A program made the translations under genes and the position numbers. From the NCBI GenBank assembly GCA_903878475.1, contig CAIRHQ010000004.1, positions 3,477 through 67,476 on the forward strand: 64,000 bases of DNA, given 5' to 3'. The DNA is from an uncultured Bacteroidota bacterium (lineage in GTDB: Bacteria; Bacteroidota; Bacteroidia; Chitinophagales; Chitinophagaceae). Positions 45,797 to 56,780 of the stretch are shown piece after piece. The notes under the pieces were generated by a model. It did not search any database, was not told where the DNA came from, and saw nothing but the letters and a program-made list of their open reading frames with translations. Position 1 is the stretch's first letter. Each line of letters starts with the position of its first letter.

Positions 45797-48198
45797 TCCT
45801 TTTCTACCGGTGCCACAGATCTTACAAATGCGGCACGCCTTGGTGCGGGCATAAAGGCATGCAACCCTTTTACGCCTTTCCAGATCACTTCATTTAACTC
45901 ATGATCGGGTACCAGGTCTTCCTTGCTCAGGTCGAATTTATCTGATCGGTCGGAGAGTTCATTGCGCACCATATTCTTATCATTCAGGTTCACTGAAATG
46001 GGCAGGGCAGTAAAGCCGCTGAAATTTGGAGTAGCCGTAAAACATCTCCACAAGGGCATGGCGCCTGCATCATACTGGCTCATGGGCGGTAAGCCCAGGA
46101 TCAGTTCCATGGTACGCAGGATGCCGCTGGTGCTGTATGGGGTGTGGTCAACAAAATTTCTTTTTACGAAGGGACCGGCAATATAGGCCGGACTGCGGTG
46201 TGCATCCACATGGTCGGGGCCGTTCTGCGCATCGTCTTCTAGGATAAAGACAACCGATTCCTTCCAGATTGGACTATTGCTCAAGTACTCGAGGAACATG
46301 CCTACCGCCAGATCATTATCGGCCACATGGGCAAATGGGGTTGGGCGGTTCTTTGCCATGCCCTCGGTATGGTCGTTGATCAATCGCAGGGTATTCAACC
46401 GTGGAACAGCATTTATGGCTAATAGTGAGTCGAAATCACGCTTCCACTGTCCTACCCTAACGGTATCCCGCACTTTTTGATCCCAGCTGGTGTAATAGGT
46501 GCAAAAATGATTTTCGAGCACGGGAATATTGGCCTTATAATCATCCGCAAATTCGCCATAGGTGCGATAGCTGATCCCTGCTTTTTTACAATTACCCCAA
46601 ATAAAATCACCTTTATTATTGGCAATATTTCGCGTTCCTTCTGCATCATACTCACCTCCCCTGCCTCCATAACTGGTTACCCAGTTCTTTTCCAGATAAT
46701 CGGTGGCATAAGCACCCAGACTCCAGTTATGGCCATCGGCACTCACTTCGCCATCTACATAAAAATTATCGAGCAGCACAAATTGCTCGGCAAATTTGTG
46801 TTGGTTTGGCGTAATGTTTTTCCCGAATAGTAATAACGAAGTATCTCCGTTCCCTTCTTTCACATCGCCCAGTACCTGATCATATGTGCGATTTTCTTTC
46901 ACGATATAGAACACATATTTGATCGGAGATGGCGCACCCAGTTGCTGGGGTATTGGATTCCCGAGTTCACTGGAACTCAATTTTTCCTTGATCTTGCTAT
47001 AGGGTGTGTTCTTATATACCTGTTGCGAATAAACGCTTAATTGTTTGCTGGATGGCTGATCAATGATGCTCATGGTACCTTTCATTAGGCCACCAATGTA
47101 TTGCGGACCGTCTTCATCATCTGCCTGGTGTTTTACTTTACGTTTTACCGGACTGGGTCCTTTTGGATTGGCAAAAGAAGAGAATCCCTTGCCATTGCTC
47201 ACCCAAATTTTCTTTCCGATTGTTTTTACACAGGTGGGATACCAGCCTACCGGTATAAAACCTTTAGACAGACTATTACCCGGCTGCCTTACATCAAAAA
47301 CTGCTAAACAATTATTATCAGCGTTGGCAATATAGAGCGTAGACTCATCGGGACTCAATGCCAGTCCATTGGTGGTGCTGCCCGGAGGGGCGTCGGGATA
47401 CAAGGAAGCAGTCAGTGTTTCCACCACAGAACGAGTTGAAGTATTGATCACACTCACTGAATTATCATTGGCATTGGCCACATACAGATACTTTCCATTC
47501 TTGCTCAGGCACATATCATTGGGATTATCGCCCACGGGAATTGCAGTTCCCAATACATTGTTACGGGTATCGAACAACAACACTTTATCGCCGCCCCACA
47601 AAGAAATATACAATTGATTTTTATCGGGAGAAAGAATACATGTGTAAGCCTCTGCGTTTAACCGAACCTGTAAGTTTATTTTTTTTGTGTTCAGGTCAAC
47701 TACATACAATGAGTTATTGTCCTTGGTAACCACATACATCAATTGACGTGCATCATCAATATCAAATCCGGCAGGAGAGATCTTGTTGGGCCATTTGTTA
47801 CCTAATTTAATGCTGTCAATCAATACCAATTTCTCATTGAGCAGGGCATATTTCAAGATCCAGTTATCATTTCCTCCGCCTGCGTATAAGAATTTTTCAT
47901 CAAGGCTGAATTTGAGTCCTACCCAACTTTTTGCGATCTCGATCTTATCCAGTTGCTTTTCCTGCTTAATGTTTAAGAGTTGCAAACTTTGCTTACCCTG
48001 GCCATTATTGGTAACGGCCATATATTTTTTAGAGGAAGATATAGCCATATTCAGGGGAAGATCGCCCAAGGGAAGACTTTTACCCGCAGGTGAAAGCGAC
48101 CAGCCATTAGGCAGGGTAAGGGTTTGCTGGGCCTGGGCAGTCGTAAAGGCTGCCACTAAAGAAATGATCATCAAAAATTTACTGGATTTCATCTGCAA
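45793..48198 (-). CDS. YncE/YVTN beta-propeller plus alkaline-phosphatase-like phosphoesterase
   Basis: LPNGWSLSPAG, beta-propeller repeats (IPVGDNP, IPVGWYP), YIVKENRTYDQVLGD, SADGHNW and EDDAQNGPDHVDAHRS. Confidence 0.85.
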   Translation of the reverse strand: MQMKSSKFLMIISLVAAFTTAQAQQTLTLPNGWSLSPAGKSLPLGDLPLNMAISSSKKYMAVTNNGQGKQSLQLLNIKQEKQLDKIEIAKSWVGLKFSLDEKFLYAGGGNDNWILKYALLNEKLVLIDSIKLGNKWPNKISPAGFDIDDARQLMYVVTKDNNSLYVVDLNTKKINLQVRLNAEAYTCILSPDKNQLYISLWGGDKVLLFDTRNNVLGTAIPVGDNPNDMCLSKNGKYLYVANANDNSVSVINTSTRSVVETLTASLYPDAPPGSTTNGLALSPDESTLYIANADNNCLAVFDVRQPGNSLSKGFIPVGWYPTCVKTIGKKIWVSNGKGFSSFANPKGPSPVKRKVKHQADDEDGPQYIGGLMKGTMSIIDQPSSKQLSVYSQQVYKNTPYSKIKEKLSSSELGNPIPQQLGAPSPIKYVFYIVKENRTYDQVLGDVKEGNGDTSLLLFGKNITPNQHKFAEQFVLLDNFYVDGEVSADGHNWSLGAYATDYLEKNWVTSYGGRGGEYDAEGTRNIANNKGDFIWGNCKKAGISYRTYGEFADDYKANIPVLENHFCTYYTSWDQKVRDTVRVGQWKRDFDSLLAINAVPRLNTLRLINDHTEGMAKNRPTPFAHVADNDLAVGMFLEYLSNSPIWKESVVFILEDDAQNGPDHVDAHRSPAYIAGPFVKRNFVDHTPYSTSGILRTMELILGLPPMSQYDAGAMPLWRCFTATPNFSGFTALPISVNLNDKNMVRNELSDRSDKFDLSKEDLVPDHELNEVIWKGVKGLHAFMPAPRRAAFVRSVAPVEKD

Positions 48199-48314
48199 GA
48201 ATTTTAAGCATTAAAGTTACAATAGTTTGGGGCTACTGTTCAGCGGTAATAATTAATTAATGTGCCTGTATTTTTTGGATAATAAGATTTGCATATAGAG
48301 TTAAACCTTCAGGC

Positions 48315-49136
48315 TTATTGGGATTTTTTTGCCAGTTGATATATGATCTTTTTATCTGCGTCATTGAGTATTGCTACGGTATCCTGCTGCACAAAATGGA
48401 GCTTGAATGCTTTTACAGCAGCAACCGGGTCGGCAATATCGTACCCGATCACCCGCAATGAGATCATGGGATCAAATGCTGTGGGCAGTTTCACATTGCT
48501 GGTATCGTACCAGTTTCCAAAACCCTGCATAGCGAGTTGCTGCCAGGGAAAATTCCTATTGGGGTCTACTTTTCTTTTGGGAGCAATATCAGCATGCCCT
48601 ATAAAATTTGCGGCGGGTATATTATTATCTTTCTTCAATTTTTTCAGTAATTGTAATAAACTATTGATCTGAATTGTTGAAAAAGGCTCAAAGCCATTAT
48701 TGTCGAGTTCAATACCAATGCTGATGCTATTTACATCGGTTACATTTCCCCATTTGGCAGCACCTGCATGCCAGGCCCTTAGGTAATCATTCAACATATG
48801 GTGTATGGTGCCATCTTTACAGATCACATAATGGGCACTTACCTGGGTACGAGGCATGGTAAAGATCCGCAGAGCAGAATCACAGGCGCCTTCTGCGGTG
48901 TGATGAATGATCACAAAATTGGGTTTACGCATTCCAAAGTTTGTGGTACCTACCCAGTAAGGAGTTGCCGGGGTACTATCAATAATATTAGGCTGCATGC
49001 TCAAGGTTTTCCCAAAAGCAGTTGCTTGCTTTTTGTAAATACTGTTTGTTTTACTGTAAGGGTTTTTGGGAGTACAAGCCGTGATCATTATCAGACTCAG
49101 TATAGATAATATCCTTATTATTCGGGAAATATTCAT
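48315..49136 (-). CDS. N-acetylmuramoyl-L-alanine amidase (Amidase_2, AmiD-like lipoprotein)
   Basis: IIHHTA, VSAHY, RAWHAG, SIGIEL and GHADIAPKRKVDP; lipobox ITAC. Confidence 0.92.
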   Translation of the reverse strand: MNISRIIRILSILSLIMITACTPKNPYSKTNSIYKKQATAFGKTLSMQPNIIDSTPATPYWVGTTNFGMRKPNFVIIHHTAEGACDSALRIFTMPRTQVSAHYVICKDGTIHHMLNDYLRAWHAGAAKWGNVTDVNSISIGIELDNNGFEPFSTIQINSLLQLLKKLKKDNNIPAANFIGHADIAPKRKVDPNRNFPWQQLAMQGFGNWYDTSNVKLPTAFDPMISLRVIGYDIADPVAAVKAFKLHFVQQDTVAILNDADKKIIYQLAKKSQ

Positions 49137-49201
49137 CTTTCAAATTACTTCAAATTTCAAAAACTGCCAAAGATCAATAATCCCAACAAATAGGCATGAT
49201 C

Positions 49202-49231
49202 AAAAAAAAGCTGCCCGGTTTTGGGCAGCTT
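49202..49231 (-). terminator. Intrinsic terminator of the alcohol dehydrogenase gene
   Basis: AGCTGCCC-loop-GGGCAGCT with a T-tract on the minus strand. Confidence 0.8.
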
Positions 49232-49251
49232 ATCAATCATCAGAAAATATT

Positions 49252-50295
49252 TTATAAAGTAGCCATATCGATCACAAAACGATAACGCACATCGCCTTTC
49301 AGCATGCGCTCATAGGCTGCATTGATATCCTTCATAGCGATCACTTCCACATCACTTACGATATTGTGCTCGGCGCAATAATCGAGCATTTCCTGTGTTT
49401 CGGGTATTCCCCCGATCAGTGATCCGGCCAGACTGCGGCGTTGAAAAATAAGATTGAAAGCGGCTACCGGAGGAGCAGGCGGTGGTACCCCTACACATAC
49501 CATGGTTCCACTGGTGGTGAGCATACCCAGATAAAAATTATAATCGTGCTCGGCAGAAACCGTGTCAAGAATAAAATCAAAATAATTGGCTACGGTTTTT
49601 ACTTGTTCGGGATCGCTCGTAAGCACAAACTTATGAGCGCCCAATCTTTTTGCATCGGTAGCTTTGGAAGCGGTATGGCTCAGCATGGTCACTTCGGCAC
49701 CCATTGATACAGCCAGTTTAACAGCCATATGGCCTAATCCACCCAAGCCCAGTATCCCTACTTTTTGTCCTGCACTAACTTTCCAATGACGTAAAGGCGA
49801 GTAGGTGGTAATGCCTGCGCAAAGCAATGGTGCAACAGCCTCAAGGGGTTGTTTATTTGAAATGCGTAACACGAAATCCTCGTGGCAAAGTATCATTTTA
49901 CTGTATCCGCCAAAAGTAAGTCCGCTCCCATCCTTTTCCATACCATTATAAGAGAACACGGCACCACCGGTACAATATTGTTCCAGTCCTTCTTTACAAT
50001 TATCGCAATCACGGCAACTGTCTACCAGGCATCCGATCCCGGCAATATCGCCCACTTTAAATTTAGAAACATGATTGCCTACGGCACTAACCCTACCCAC
50101 GATCTCATGACCTGGAACTACTGGGAAAATGGTGTTTCCCCATTCGTTGCGGGCAAAATGAAGGTCGCTATGGCAAACACCACAATACAAAATATCAATT
50201 TGTACATCATGAGGCTTCGGTGCTCTTCTATCTAATGTCCAGGGAGCTAAAGGGGTTGTTGCAGACTGTGCTGCATAAGATTTGGTGGATGCCAT
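49252..50295 (-). CDS. Zn-dependent NAD(P) alcohol/aldehyde dehydrogenase (cinnamyl-ADH/YahK-like)
   Basis: CGVCHSD, GHEIVG, CRDCDNC structural Zn, LLCAGITTYSPL and GLGGLG. Confidence 0.93.
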   Translation of the reverse strand: MASTKSYAAQSATTPLAPWTLDRRAPKPHDVQIDILYCGVCHSDLHFARNEWGNTIFPVVPGHEIVGRVSAVGNHVSKFKVGDIAGIGCLVDSCRDCDNCKEGLEQYCTGGAVFSYNGMEKDGSGLTFGGYSKMILCHEDFVLRISNKQPLEAVAPLLCAGITTYSPLRHWKVSAGQKVGILGLGGLGHMAVKLAVSMGAEVTMLSHTASKATDAKRLGAHKFVLTSDPEQVKTVANYFDFILDTVSAEHDYNFYLGMLTTSGTMVCVGVPPPAPPVAAFNLIFQRRSLAGSLIGGIPETQEMLDYCAEHNIVSDVEVIAMKDINAAYERMLKGDVRYRFVIDMATL

Positions 50296-50575
50296 AGTTT
50301 ACTGTTTAATTGAAAACAAATATACTCGTTTATTTAGCCCAAACAATAAAGCAATTTTTTCACCCTCCATCAATTATAAAACACTCATGTACATCTTATT
50401 GCATCTTTATAAAATTACAACACCCAGGTGCACCTGATAAGCTAAATAATAACATTAAACTCTTTTTTATTGCATATGTTAAATATTGTTTTTACATTGT
50501 CACGCTGTTATCTGCTTCTTTTCAATATCCCCACTTATTTATTCACCTTTTTTTAAAAAACAAAACGAATTATTT

Positions 50576-51097
50576 ATGAAAAGAATCATTTTCAGTGTAT
50601 TCACTTTGTCGGTGATTATTACTGCTTGCAATGACAAAACAGGAACTAAATCGCCCGCCGCTTCGAGCACCCTTACGATGCCTTATAAAGCAACGTATCC
50701 ATCAGAGTTTAACAACAATGTTTCCGATTCAAATCTTTTGCTAGTAATGAATACTTATAAGTACTGGGAACAGGGCGATATAAAGGCATTACGGGGTACA
50801 ATGGGAGACAGCGTTTCAATGAATGGCGATAATATAATCTTTTCCGGACGGACTGATTCCTTAACCCAATTATGGCAAACATTCAGAGACAGTTTAAGTT
50901 CTGTAGAAATTAAAATGGACACATGGGCTAAATTGCATAATGAGAAAGACAGTTCCGACTATGTAAATGTTTGGTATAAAGAAATAGATACATACAAAAC
51001 AGGGCGAGTGGATTCAGCTAATTTTTCTGATGTGAACCAGATAAAAAATGGAAAACTTACTTGGCTTTCGCAATACAAGCAACGGCTAAAAAAATAA
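50576..51097 (+). CDS. Hypothetical lipoprotein (NTF2/SnoaL-like)
   Basis: Lipobox ITAC; WEQGDIKALRGTMGDSV pattern; start MKRII at 50576. Confidence 0.7.
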   Translation: MKRIIFSVFTLSVIITACNDKTGTKSPAASSTLTMPYKATYPSEFNNNVSDSNLLLVMNTYKYWEQGDIKALRGTMGDSVSMNGDNIIFSGRTDSLTQLWQTFRDSLSSVEIKMDTWAKLHNEKDSSDYVNVWYKEIDTYKTGRVDSANFSDVNQIKNGKLTWLSQYKQRLKK

Positions 51098-51110
51098 GTT
51101 GATCTGTATT

Positions 51111-51143
51111 AAAAACCCACTTCACCAGTAAGTGGGTTTTTTT
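51111..51143 (+). terminator. Intrinsic terminator
   Basis: AAAAACCCACTT-loop-AAGTGGGTTTTTTT. Confidence 0.8.
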
Positions 51144-51191
51144 ATGTTGAATTCCCTTCATTCTATCTACCTTTCCGTTTCAAGCCAACAC

Positions 51192-52046
51192 ATGAAAAGA
51201 ATCGCTTTTACCTTTATCCTGCTCATATCTGCTTCTTTATTGTTTTCCCAAAGCAAGCCTGCCTACCTGCTCTATAATGCAAAAGGGAAAAAAATATCCT
51301 ATGCAAAAATGATCCGCAAGTTGGTTCAACAAGATATCGTGATGATCGGCGAGTACCACAATAATCCGATCAGCCATTGGATGGAACTGGAGATCACTAA
51401 GGATTGCCAACAGCAGCGCAATTGTATTTTAGGTGCTGAAATGTTTGAACAAGACAATCAGCCTGCACTTGACCTCTATCTTCAGGGCAAATTATCGGCC
51501 AAGGGGCTCGATAGCATGGCCAGGCTCTGGAAAAATTACCGCACGGATTACGCACCATTGGTGAATTTTGCCAAAGAAAATAAATTGGTATTTGCCGCCA
51601 CTAATATTCCACGTCGCTATGCTGTACTGGTATCAAAAGGAGGCTTTGAAGCGCTGGATACATTGTCCGCCACAGAAAAAACATGGATCGCACCACTACC
51701 TATTGCTTATGATGCTACCCTACCCGGTTATGTGAACATGATGACCATGATGAAGGGTCACGATTCAACCAATATTGCCAAGGCCCAGGCCATTAAGGAT
51801 GCCACCATGGCCTATTTTATTTTAAAATACTTTACCCCGGGCAGTTTGTTCATTCATTACAATGGAAGTTACCATTCCGAAAATCATGAAGGAATTGTAT
51901 GGTACCTTAAACGATCAAATCCTGGTATCCGAATAGCTACCGTTACTACTGTTTCGCAAAAGAATATTAAAAAGCTGCTTGCTGAAAATAAGCGTACAGC
52001 CGATTTTATTATCTGTGTGGATGAGGACATGACCAACACTTATTAG
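51192..52046 (+). CDS. ChaN-family (heme/iron uptake-associated) exported protein
   Basis: DIVMIGEYHNN, GAEMFEQDNQ, WKNYRTDYAPLV, ATNIPRRYA, AQAIKDATMA and HYNGSYHS. Confidence 0.8.
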   Translation: MKRIAFTFILLISASLLFSQSKPAYLLYNAKGKKISYAKMIRKLVQQDIVMIGEYHNNPISHWMELEITKDCQQQRNCILGAEMFEQDNQPALDLYLQGKLSAKGLDSMARLWKNYRTDYAPLVNFAKENKLVFAATNIPRRYAVLVSKGGFEALDTLSATEKTWIAPLPIAYDATLPGYVNMMTMMKGHDSTNIAKAQAIKDATMAYFILKYFTPGSLFIHYNGSYHSENHEGIVWYLKRSNPGIRIATVTTVSQKNIKKLLAENKRTADFIICVDEDMTNTY

Positions 52047-52116
52047 GTTTCACAAAGCTTTAGCATTCTGTCGGCAATAAATCATACCCATTAAACGTAA
52101 TGCTATCAAATAATTA

Positions 52117-52764
52117 TTGATGAAATCAGCGTTCCTGTTTGTTCTCATGACTTCGGCTTTTTTTGTACAGGCACAGCCGGCCATAAGTAAATCAACCCTC
52201 CAGCTTTCTCCGCTCAGCGAATATGATGGAGCCTGGAATGAACCAAAATACCTGCTTTGCAATACTGCAGCCAAAGTAAGTTACATGAATGAGGAGGAAA
52301 AAAAAGTGATCTATATCCTAAATCTTGCCCGCACAAATCCAGCATTATTTTGTAAGTCAGTGGTGAAAAAATATGCCACAGAATCAGATGATGCAAGATT
52401 AGACAACTCCACGTATTTGAATTCGCTGATCAAGGAAATGAATAAATTAGATCCGCTGAACCTGTTACAACCTGATCCCGATTGCTATAAAAGCGCCAAC
52501 TGCCATGCTGTTATCTCCGGAAATACAGGTTATATAGGTCATAACCGCAGCGGAACCTGTTTGGCAAAAAGGTATTACAATGGGGAGTGCTGCGATTACG
52601 GTCATGATAAAGCGCTCGATATTGTCATGAGCTTATTGATCGATTACGATGTGCCCTCACTTGGACATAGGATGATCTGTTTTAGTCCATATTTAGTAAT
52701 CGGAGTGTCCATACAGCCTCATAAAGTATGGACATATACTGCAGTGCTTGATCTTCATTACTGA
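52117..52764 (+). CDS. CAP (SCP) domain-containing exported protein
   Basis: LNLARTNP, GHNRS, GECCDYG, LLIDYDVPSLGHR. Confidence 0.82.
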   Translation: MMKSAFLFVLMTSAFFVQAQPAISKSTLQLSPLSEYDGAWNEPKYLLCNTAAKVSYMNEEEKKVIYILNLARTNPALFCKSVVKKYATESDDARLDNSTYLNSLIKEMNKLDPLNLLQPDPDCYKSANCHAVISGNTGYIGHNRSGTCLAKRYYNGECCDYGHDKALDIVMSLLIDYDVPSLGHRMICFSPYLVIGVSIQPHKVWTYTAVLDLHY

Positions 52765-52777
52765 CCACAATCTATCA

Positions 52778-55700
52778 TCACATATTTCTTCTGTACTGTC
52801 CGCCCACTGCATAAAGCGCATTGGTGATCTGACCCATGGAGCAATATTTCACCGTTTCCATCAGTTCTTCAAACAGGTTCGCATTGGCAATGGCCTTTTT
52901 TTGTAATTGGCTCAATGCATCAGCAGATTTTTGTTGATTTCTTTTTTTGAATGCTTCCAATGAACGGATCTGTTGTTCTTTTTCTTCGGTGGTACTGCGG
53001 ATCACTTCTGTAGGCAGGATGGTGGGTGAACCATTCTTATTTAAAAAAGTATTCACGCCAACGATCGGGAATTCACCCGTATGTTTCAGCATTTCATAAT
53101 GCAGACTTTCTTCCTGTATCTTATTGCGTTGATACATTCTTTCCATGGCACCCAATACAGCACCTCTTTCTGTAAGGCGGTCAAATTCTGTGAGCACCGC
53201 TTCTTCTACCAGATCGGTCAGTTCTTCAATCAAGAATGCCCCCTGATTAGGATTTTCATTTTTTGCGGTACCCAGTTCACGGTTGATGATGAGTTGGATG
53301 GCCATTGCCCTGCGTACACTTTCTTCGGTAGGTGTAGTGATCGCTTCATCATAGGCGTTGGTATGAAGCGAATTGCAATTATCATAGATCGCATACAGCG
53401 CTTGTAGTGTAGTGCGAATATCATTAAAGTCAATTTCCTGTGCATGCAAACTGCGGCCCGAGGTTTGAATATGATATTTCAGCATCTGGCTGCGCTTGTT
53501 GGCCTTATATTTATACTTCATACTCTTGGCCCAGATACGACGGGCCACACGGCCGATCACACTGTATTCGGGATCCATGCCATTGCTGAAGAAAAAAGAA
53601 AGATTGGGTGCAAAATCATCAATGCTCATGCCCCTGCTCAGGTAGTATTCCACATAGGTAAATCCATTGCTCAGTGTAAAGGCCAGTTGGGTAATGGGGT
53701 TGGCGCCTGCTTCTGCAATATGATAACCGCTAATGCTAACGCTATAAAAATTCCGTACTTTCTCTCTTATAAAATATTCCTGCACATCCCCCATCAACTT
53801 CAGTGCAAATTCTGTACTGAAAATACAAGTGTTCTGTGCCTGGTCTTCTTTTAAAATATCTGCCTGAACCGTTCCCCGCACCTGCTGAAGGGCTTTTGTG
53901 CGTATATCCTCATAGACTGCTGCTGGCAACACATCGGCCCCGCTTAAGCCCAATAAACGTAATCCCAATCCGTTATTCCCTGCAGGTAAGGCCCCTTCCA
54001 TATTTCCACTAACGGGAGTCACTTCTTTTCCATCCACACCAATATATTTTGGCAGCAATTCACTACTGAAAATGGATTCTATTTTTTTATTGATCTCCGG
54101 AGCCAGTTTATTTTCAATGATATACTTCTCACATTGCTGGTCGATGGCAGCATTCAGAAAAAATGCCAGCATGATGGGGGCAGGACCATTGATGGTCATG
54201 CTCACCGAAGTTTTGGGATCACAGAGATCGAAGCCGCTGTATAATTTTTTTGCATCATCTACTGTAGCAATGCTTACGCCGCTATTGCCTACTTTTCCAT
54301 AAATATCGGGGCGTGGTGCAGGGTCTTCTCCGTATAGCGTAACGCTGTCGAAAGCAGTACTCAATCGTTTAGCAGGCTGTCCTTCTGATACATAATGAAA
54401 ACGCCTGTTCGTTCTTTCTGGTCCGCCTTCACCTGCAAACATTCGGGTAGGGTCTTCTCCTTCACGCTTCAAAGGGAATACCCCTGCCGTGAAGGGGAAA
54501 TGACCCGGAACATTTTCCTGTCCCTGCCATTTTAAAAGATCACCCCAGTCTTTATATTTAGGTAACAACACTTTGGGTATACGTGTACCGCTCAAACTCA
54601 AACTGAACATCTCCTGACGGATCACTTTATCTCGCACATTATATTCAAAATAATCCTTGTCGTAGGCCTTTCGCTTTTCCGGCCAGTTGCTGATCAATTT
54701 TCTGGCCACAGGAGTTAATTGTTCCGTAAAATAACTGATCTGTTTCCGCAGTGCGTCGAGCAGTGGCTCTTCCGCCTTGCCCTGCAGGTTCTCCAGCGCT
54801 CCCTGCAAACGATACAGGGTAGACGCAATTGCGCTTTGATCCCTTACCAGTTGATCATAATCCCTGATGGTTGCCGTGATCTCGCTCAGATACCGCACCC
54901 TGGATGATGGGATGATGGCTTGTGAGAGTGTTGCGGTAACTTCAAAATGATACGTACCAAAACTTACTCCAGTCTTTTTTTCCATGATGTTGAGCAACTG
55001 CACAAACAATTGATTCACTCCTTCATCATTGAATTTACTGGCGATAGAACCGATCACGGGCAGCGCTTCATTCTTTTCAGAAAAAAGTCCATGGTTGCGT
55101 TTAAACTGCTTGCATACATCATTATAAGCATCGAGTGCACCAGGCTTATCGAATTTATTGATGCAAACCAGGTCGGCATAATCCAGCATATTGATCTTCT
55201 CCAGTTGCGAAGCAGCTCCGTATTCGGGTGTCATCACATACATACTTACATCACAATAATCAAGTATTGACGCATCGCTTTGTCCAACCCCGGCACTTTC
55301 CAATATGATCATATCAAAGCCTGCTTCCTTGCAGATATCGATGGCTTCCTGCACATGAATACTTAAAGCGGTATTGTCTTCCCGGGTAGCGAGACTACGC
55401 ATATAGGCCCTGGGATTGGAGATGGCATTCATTCTGATCCGGTCGCCTAGTAAAGCACCGCCGGTTTTTTTCTTACTCGGATCAACCGAGATCACGGCAA
55501 TTGTTTTTTCTGAAAAATTATTGAGGAATCTTCGTACAATCTCATCCGTTACACTGCTCTTTCCGGCACCTCCGGTACCCGTGATGCCAAGAACAGGGGT
55601 GGTTTGCCGATCGGCTTTTGTATTGTTGGTTTCCTGTTTAGGATAAGGTTCACTATTTTCTGCCAGGGTAATGCAACGGGCAATGGTCTTAATATCCTTC

Positions 55701-56188
55701 CACTCTCCCAGTGCAAAACGATCTTGTGTAGACGATTTGCCGGGTGTAGCTAATGGTGGAACGGGTGAATCACATTGCTTTATCACATCTTCGATCATAC
55801 CTTCCAGTCCCATATGCCTTCCATCGTCGGGACTATAAATGCGGGCAATGCCATATTCATGCAACAATTCAATTTCAGCAGGCAGGATGGTTCCTCCGCC
55901 ACCTCCGAAGATCTTTATATGGCTGCATCCATTCTCATCCAGCAGGTCTTTCATGTATTTAAAGAATTCTACATGACCACCCTGGTAACTGGTGATGGCA
56001 ATACCCTGAACATCTTCCTCGATAGCTGTTTCAACGATCTCTTGTACACTTCTGTTATGACCCAGGTGAATGATCTCGGCACCTTTGCTCTGCATGATCC
56101 GGCGCATCACGTTGATGGCTGCATCATGCCCGTCGAATAGGCTGGCAGCGGTTACGATCCTTACTTTATGGCTGGTTGTATCTGGCAT
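52778..56188 (-). CDS. icmF: Fused isobutyryl-CoA mutase / MeaB GTPase chaperone (IcmF)
   Basis: N-terminal B12-binding DGHDAAIN, MeaB domain GTGGAGKSS / DRIRMN, C-terminal mutase barrel with [16 protein letters not shown] and [10 protein letters not shown]. Confidence 0.9.
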   Translation of the reverse strand: MPDTTSHKVRIVTAASLFDGHDAAINVMRRIMQSKGAEIIHLGHNRSVQEIVETAIEEDVQGIAITSYQGGHVEFFKYMKDLLDENGCSHIKIFGGGGGTILPAEIELLHEYGIARIYSPDDGRHMGLEGMIEDVIKQCDSPVPPLATPGKSSTQDRFALGEWKDIKTIARCITLAENSEPYPKQETNNTKADRQTTPVLGITGTGGAGKSSVTDEIVRRFLNNFSEKTIAVISVDPSKKKTGGALLGDRIRMNAISNPRAYMRSLATREDNTALSIHVQEAIDICKEAGFDMIILESAGVGQSDASILDYCDVSMYVMTPEYGAASQLEKINMLDYADLVCINKFDKPGALDAYNDVCKQFKRNHGLFSEKNEALPVIGSIASKFNDEGVNQLFVQLLNIMEKKTGVSFGTYHFEVTATLSQAIIPSSRVRYLSEITATIRDYDQLVRDQSAIASTLYRLQGALENLQGKAEEPLLDALRKQISYFTEQLTPVARKLISNWPEKRKAYDKDYFEYNVRDKVIRQEMFSLSLSGTRIPKVLLPKYKDWGDLLKWQGQENVPGHFPFTAGVFPLKREGEDPTRMFAGEGGPERTNRRFHYVSEGQPAKRLSTAFDSVTLYGEDPAPRPDIYGKVGNSGVSIATVDDAKKLYSGFDLCDPKTSVSMTINGPAPIMLAFFLNAAIDQQCEKYIIENKLAPEINKKIESIFSSELLPKYIGVDGKEVTPVSGNMEGALPAGNNGLGLRLLGLSGADVLPAAVYEDIRTKALQQVRGTVQADILKEDQAQNTCIFSTEFALKLMGDVQEYFIREKVRNFYSVSISGYHIAEAGANPITQLAFTLSNGFTYVEYYLSRGMSIDDFAPNLSFFFSNGMDPEYSVIGRVARRIWAKSMKYKYKANKRSQMLKYHIQTSGRSLHAQEIDFNDIRTTLQALYAIYDNCNSLHTNAYDEAITTPTEESVRRAMAIQLIINRELGTAKNENPNQGAFLIEELTDLVEEAVLTEFDRLTERGAVLGAMERMYQRNKIQEESLHYEMLKHTGEFPIVGVNTFLNKNGSPTILPTEVIRSTTEEKEQQIRSLEAFKKRNQQKSADALSQLQKKAIANANLFEELMETVKYCSMGQITNALYAVGGQYRRNM

Positions 56189-56223
56189 GGAAATCAAAAT
56201 AAATTAGCAATCGGTCAGTACAG

Positions 56224-56231
56224 CAAAAATA
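56224..56231 (-). promoter_or_regulatory. -7 promoter element TATTTTTG for icmF
   Basis: Exact TAnnTTTG on the minus strand between an upstream terminator and the icmF start. Confidence 0.55.
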
Positions 56232-56269
56232 CAGTTTCTTTCACAGTAATTCGATGCTGGCAACCAGTC

Positions 56270-56308
56270 AAAAAAAATGTCCATTTGCACAAGCAAATGA
56301 ACATTTTT
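56270..56308 (-). terminator. Terminator ending the NrfC/NrfD/cytochrome c operon
   Basis: AAAAATGT-CATTTGC-loop-GCAAATG-ACATTTTT hairpin with a T-tract on the minus strand. Confidence 0.7.
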
Positions 56309-56342
56309 ATAACTAGCAATCGTATCGTTAACGGTAGCAGAT

Positions 56343-56744
56343 TTATTTAAGAGTTCTGAGATAATTTACCACAGCCCACATACCATTAGGATCTGTGATT
56401 TTTTTCTTGAATGAAGGCATATCCTTACGGCCTTCTGCTGTTTTATAATACAAAGCACCGTCAGTTTGTGCAGTCAAATCTTTTGTAAAATCACCGCATT
56501 CTGTATCTAACTGAGAAGCTTTTGGACCATCTCCTTTCCCTTTTGTTCCATGACATGATTTGCAATGTGTGTTGTATAAGTCTTTGCCAGTGGCAATTGA
56601 AGCTGCATCAGCTTTAACCGGATTGGCTTTATTCTTAGCGGCATCAGGTACAGGCCAAGGGTCGTTGGTATTATGTTTTGGTACGAACGCTACCAGAGAA
56701 ATTGCAAAAACTACTGCGAAAAACACTGAAATTTTCTTTTTCAT
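56343..56744 (-). CDS. Periplasmic monoheme class I cytochrome c (ActE-like fold pattern)
   Basis: Signal peptide, NPV...GKDLYNTHCKSCHG.KGKGDGP, DGALYY and distal Met in DMPSF. Confidence 0.88.
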   Translation of the reverse strand: MKKKISVFFAVVFAISLVAFVPKHNTNDPWPVPDAAKNKANPVKADAASIATGKDLYNTHCKSCHGTKGKGDGPKASQLDTECGDFTKDLTAQTDGALYYKTAEGRKDMPSFKKKITDPNGMWAVVNYLRTLK

Positions 56745-56780
56745 TTTGTATCGATTTTAATTTTTATTGAATAAACAAAG

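Noticed and set aside
50310-50579. 89-aa ORF between adh and the lipoprotein gene
   Set aside because: Very AT-rich divergent promoter region with non-protein-like composition.
56198-56342. Cobalamin riboswitch upstream of icmF
   Set aside because: Region is short and holds a terminator and a -7 promoter; no B12-box elements seen.
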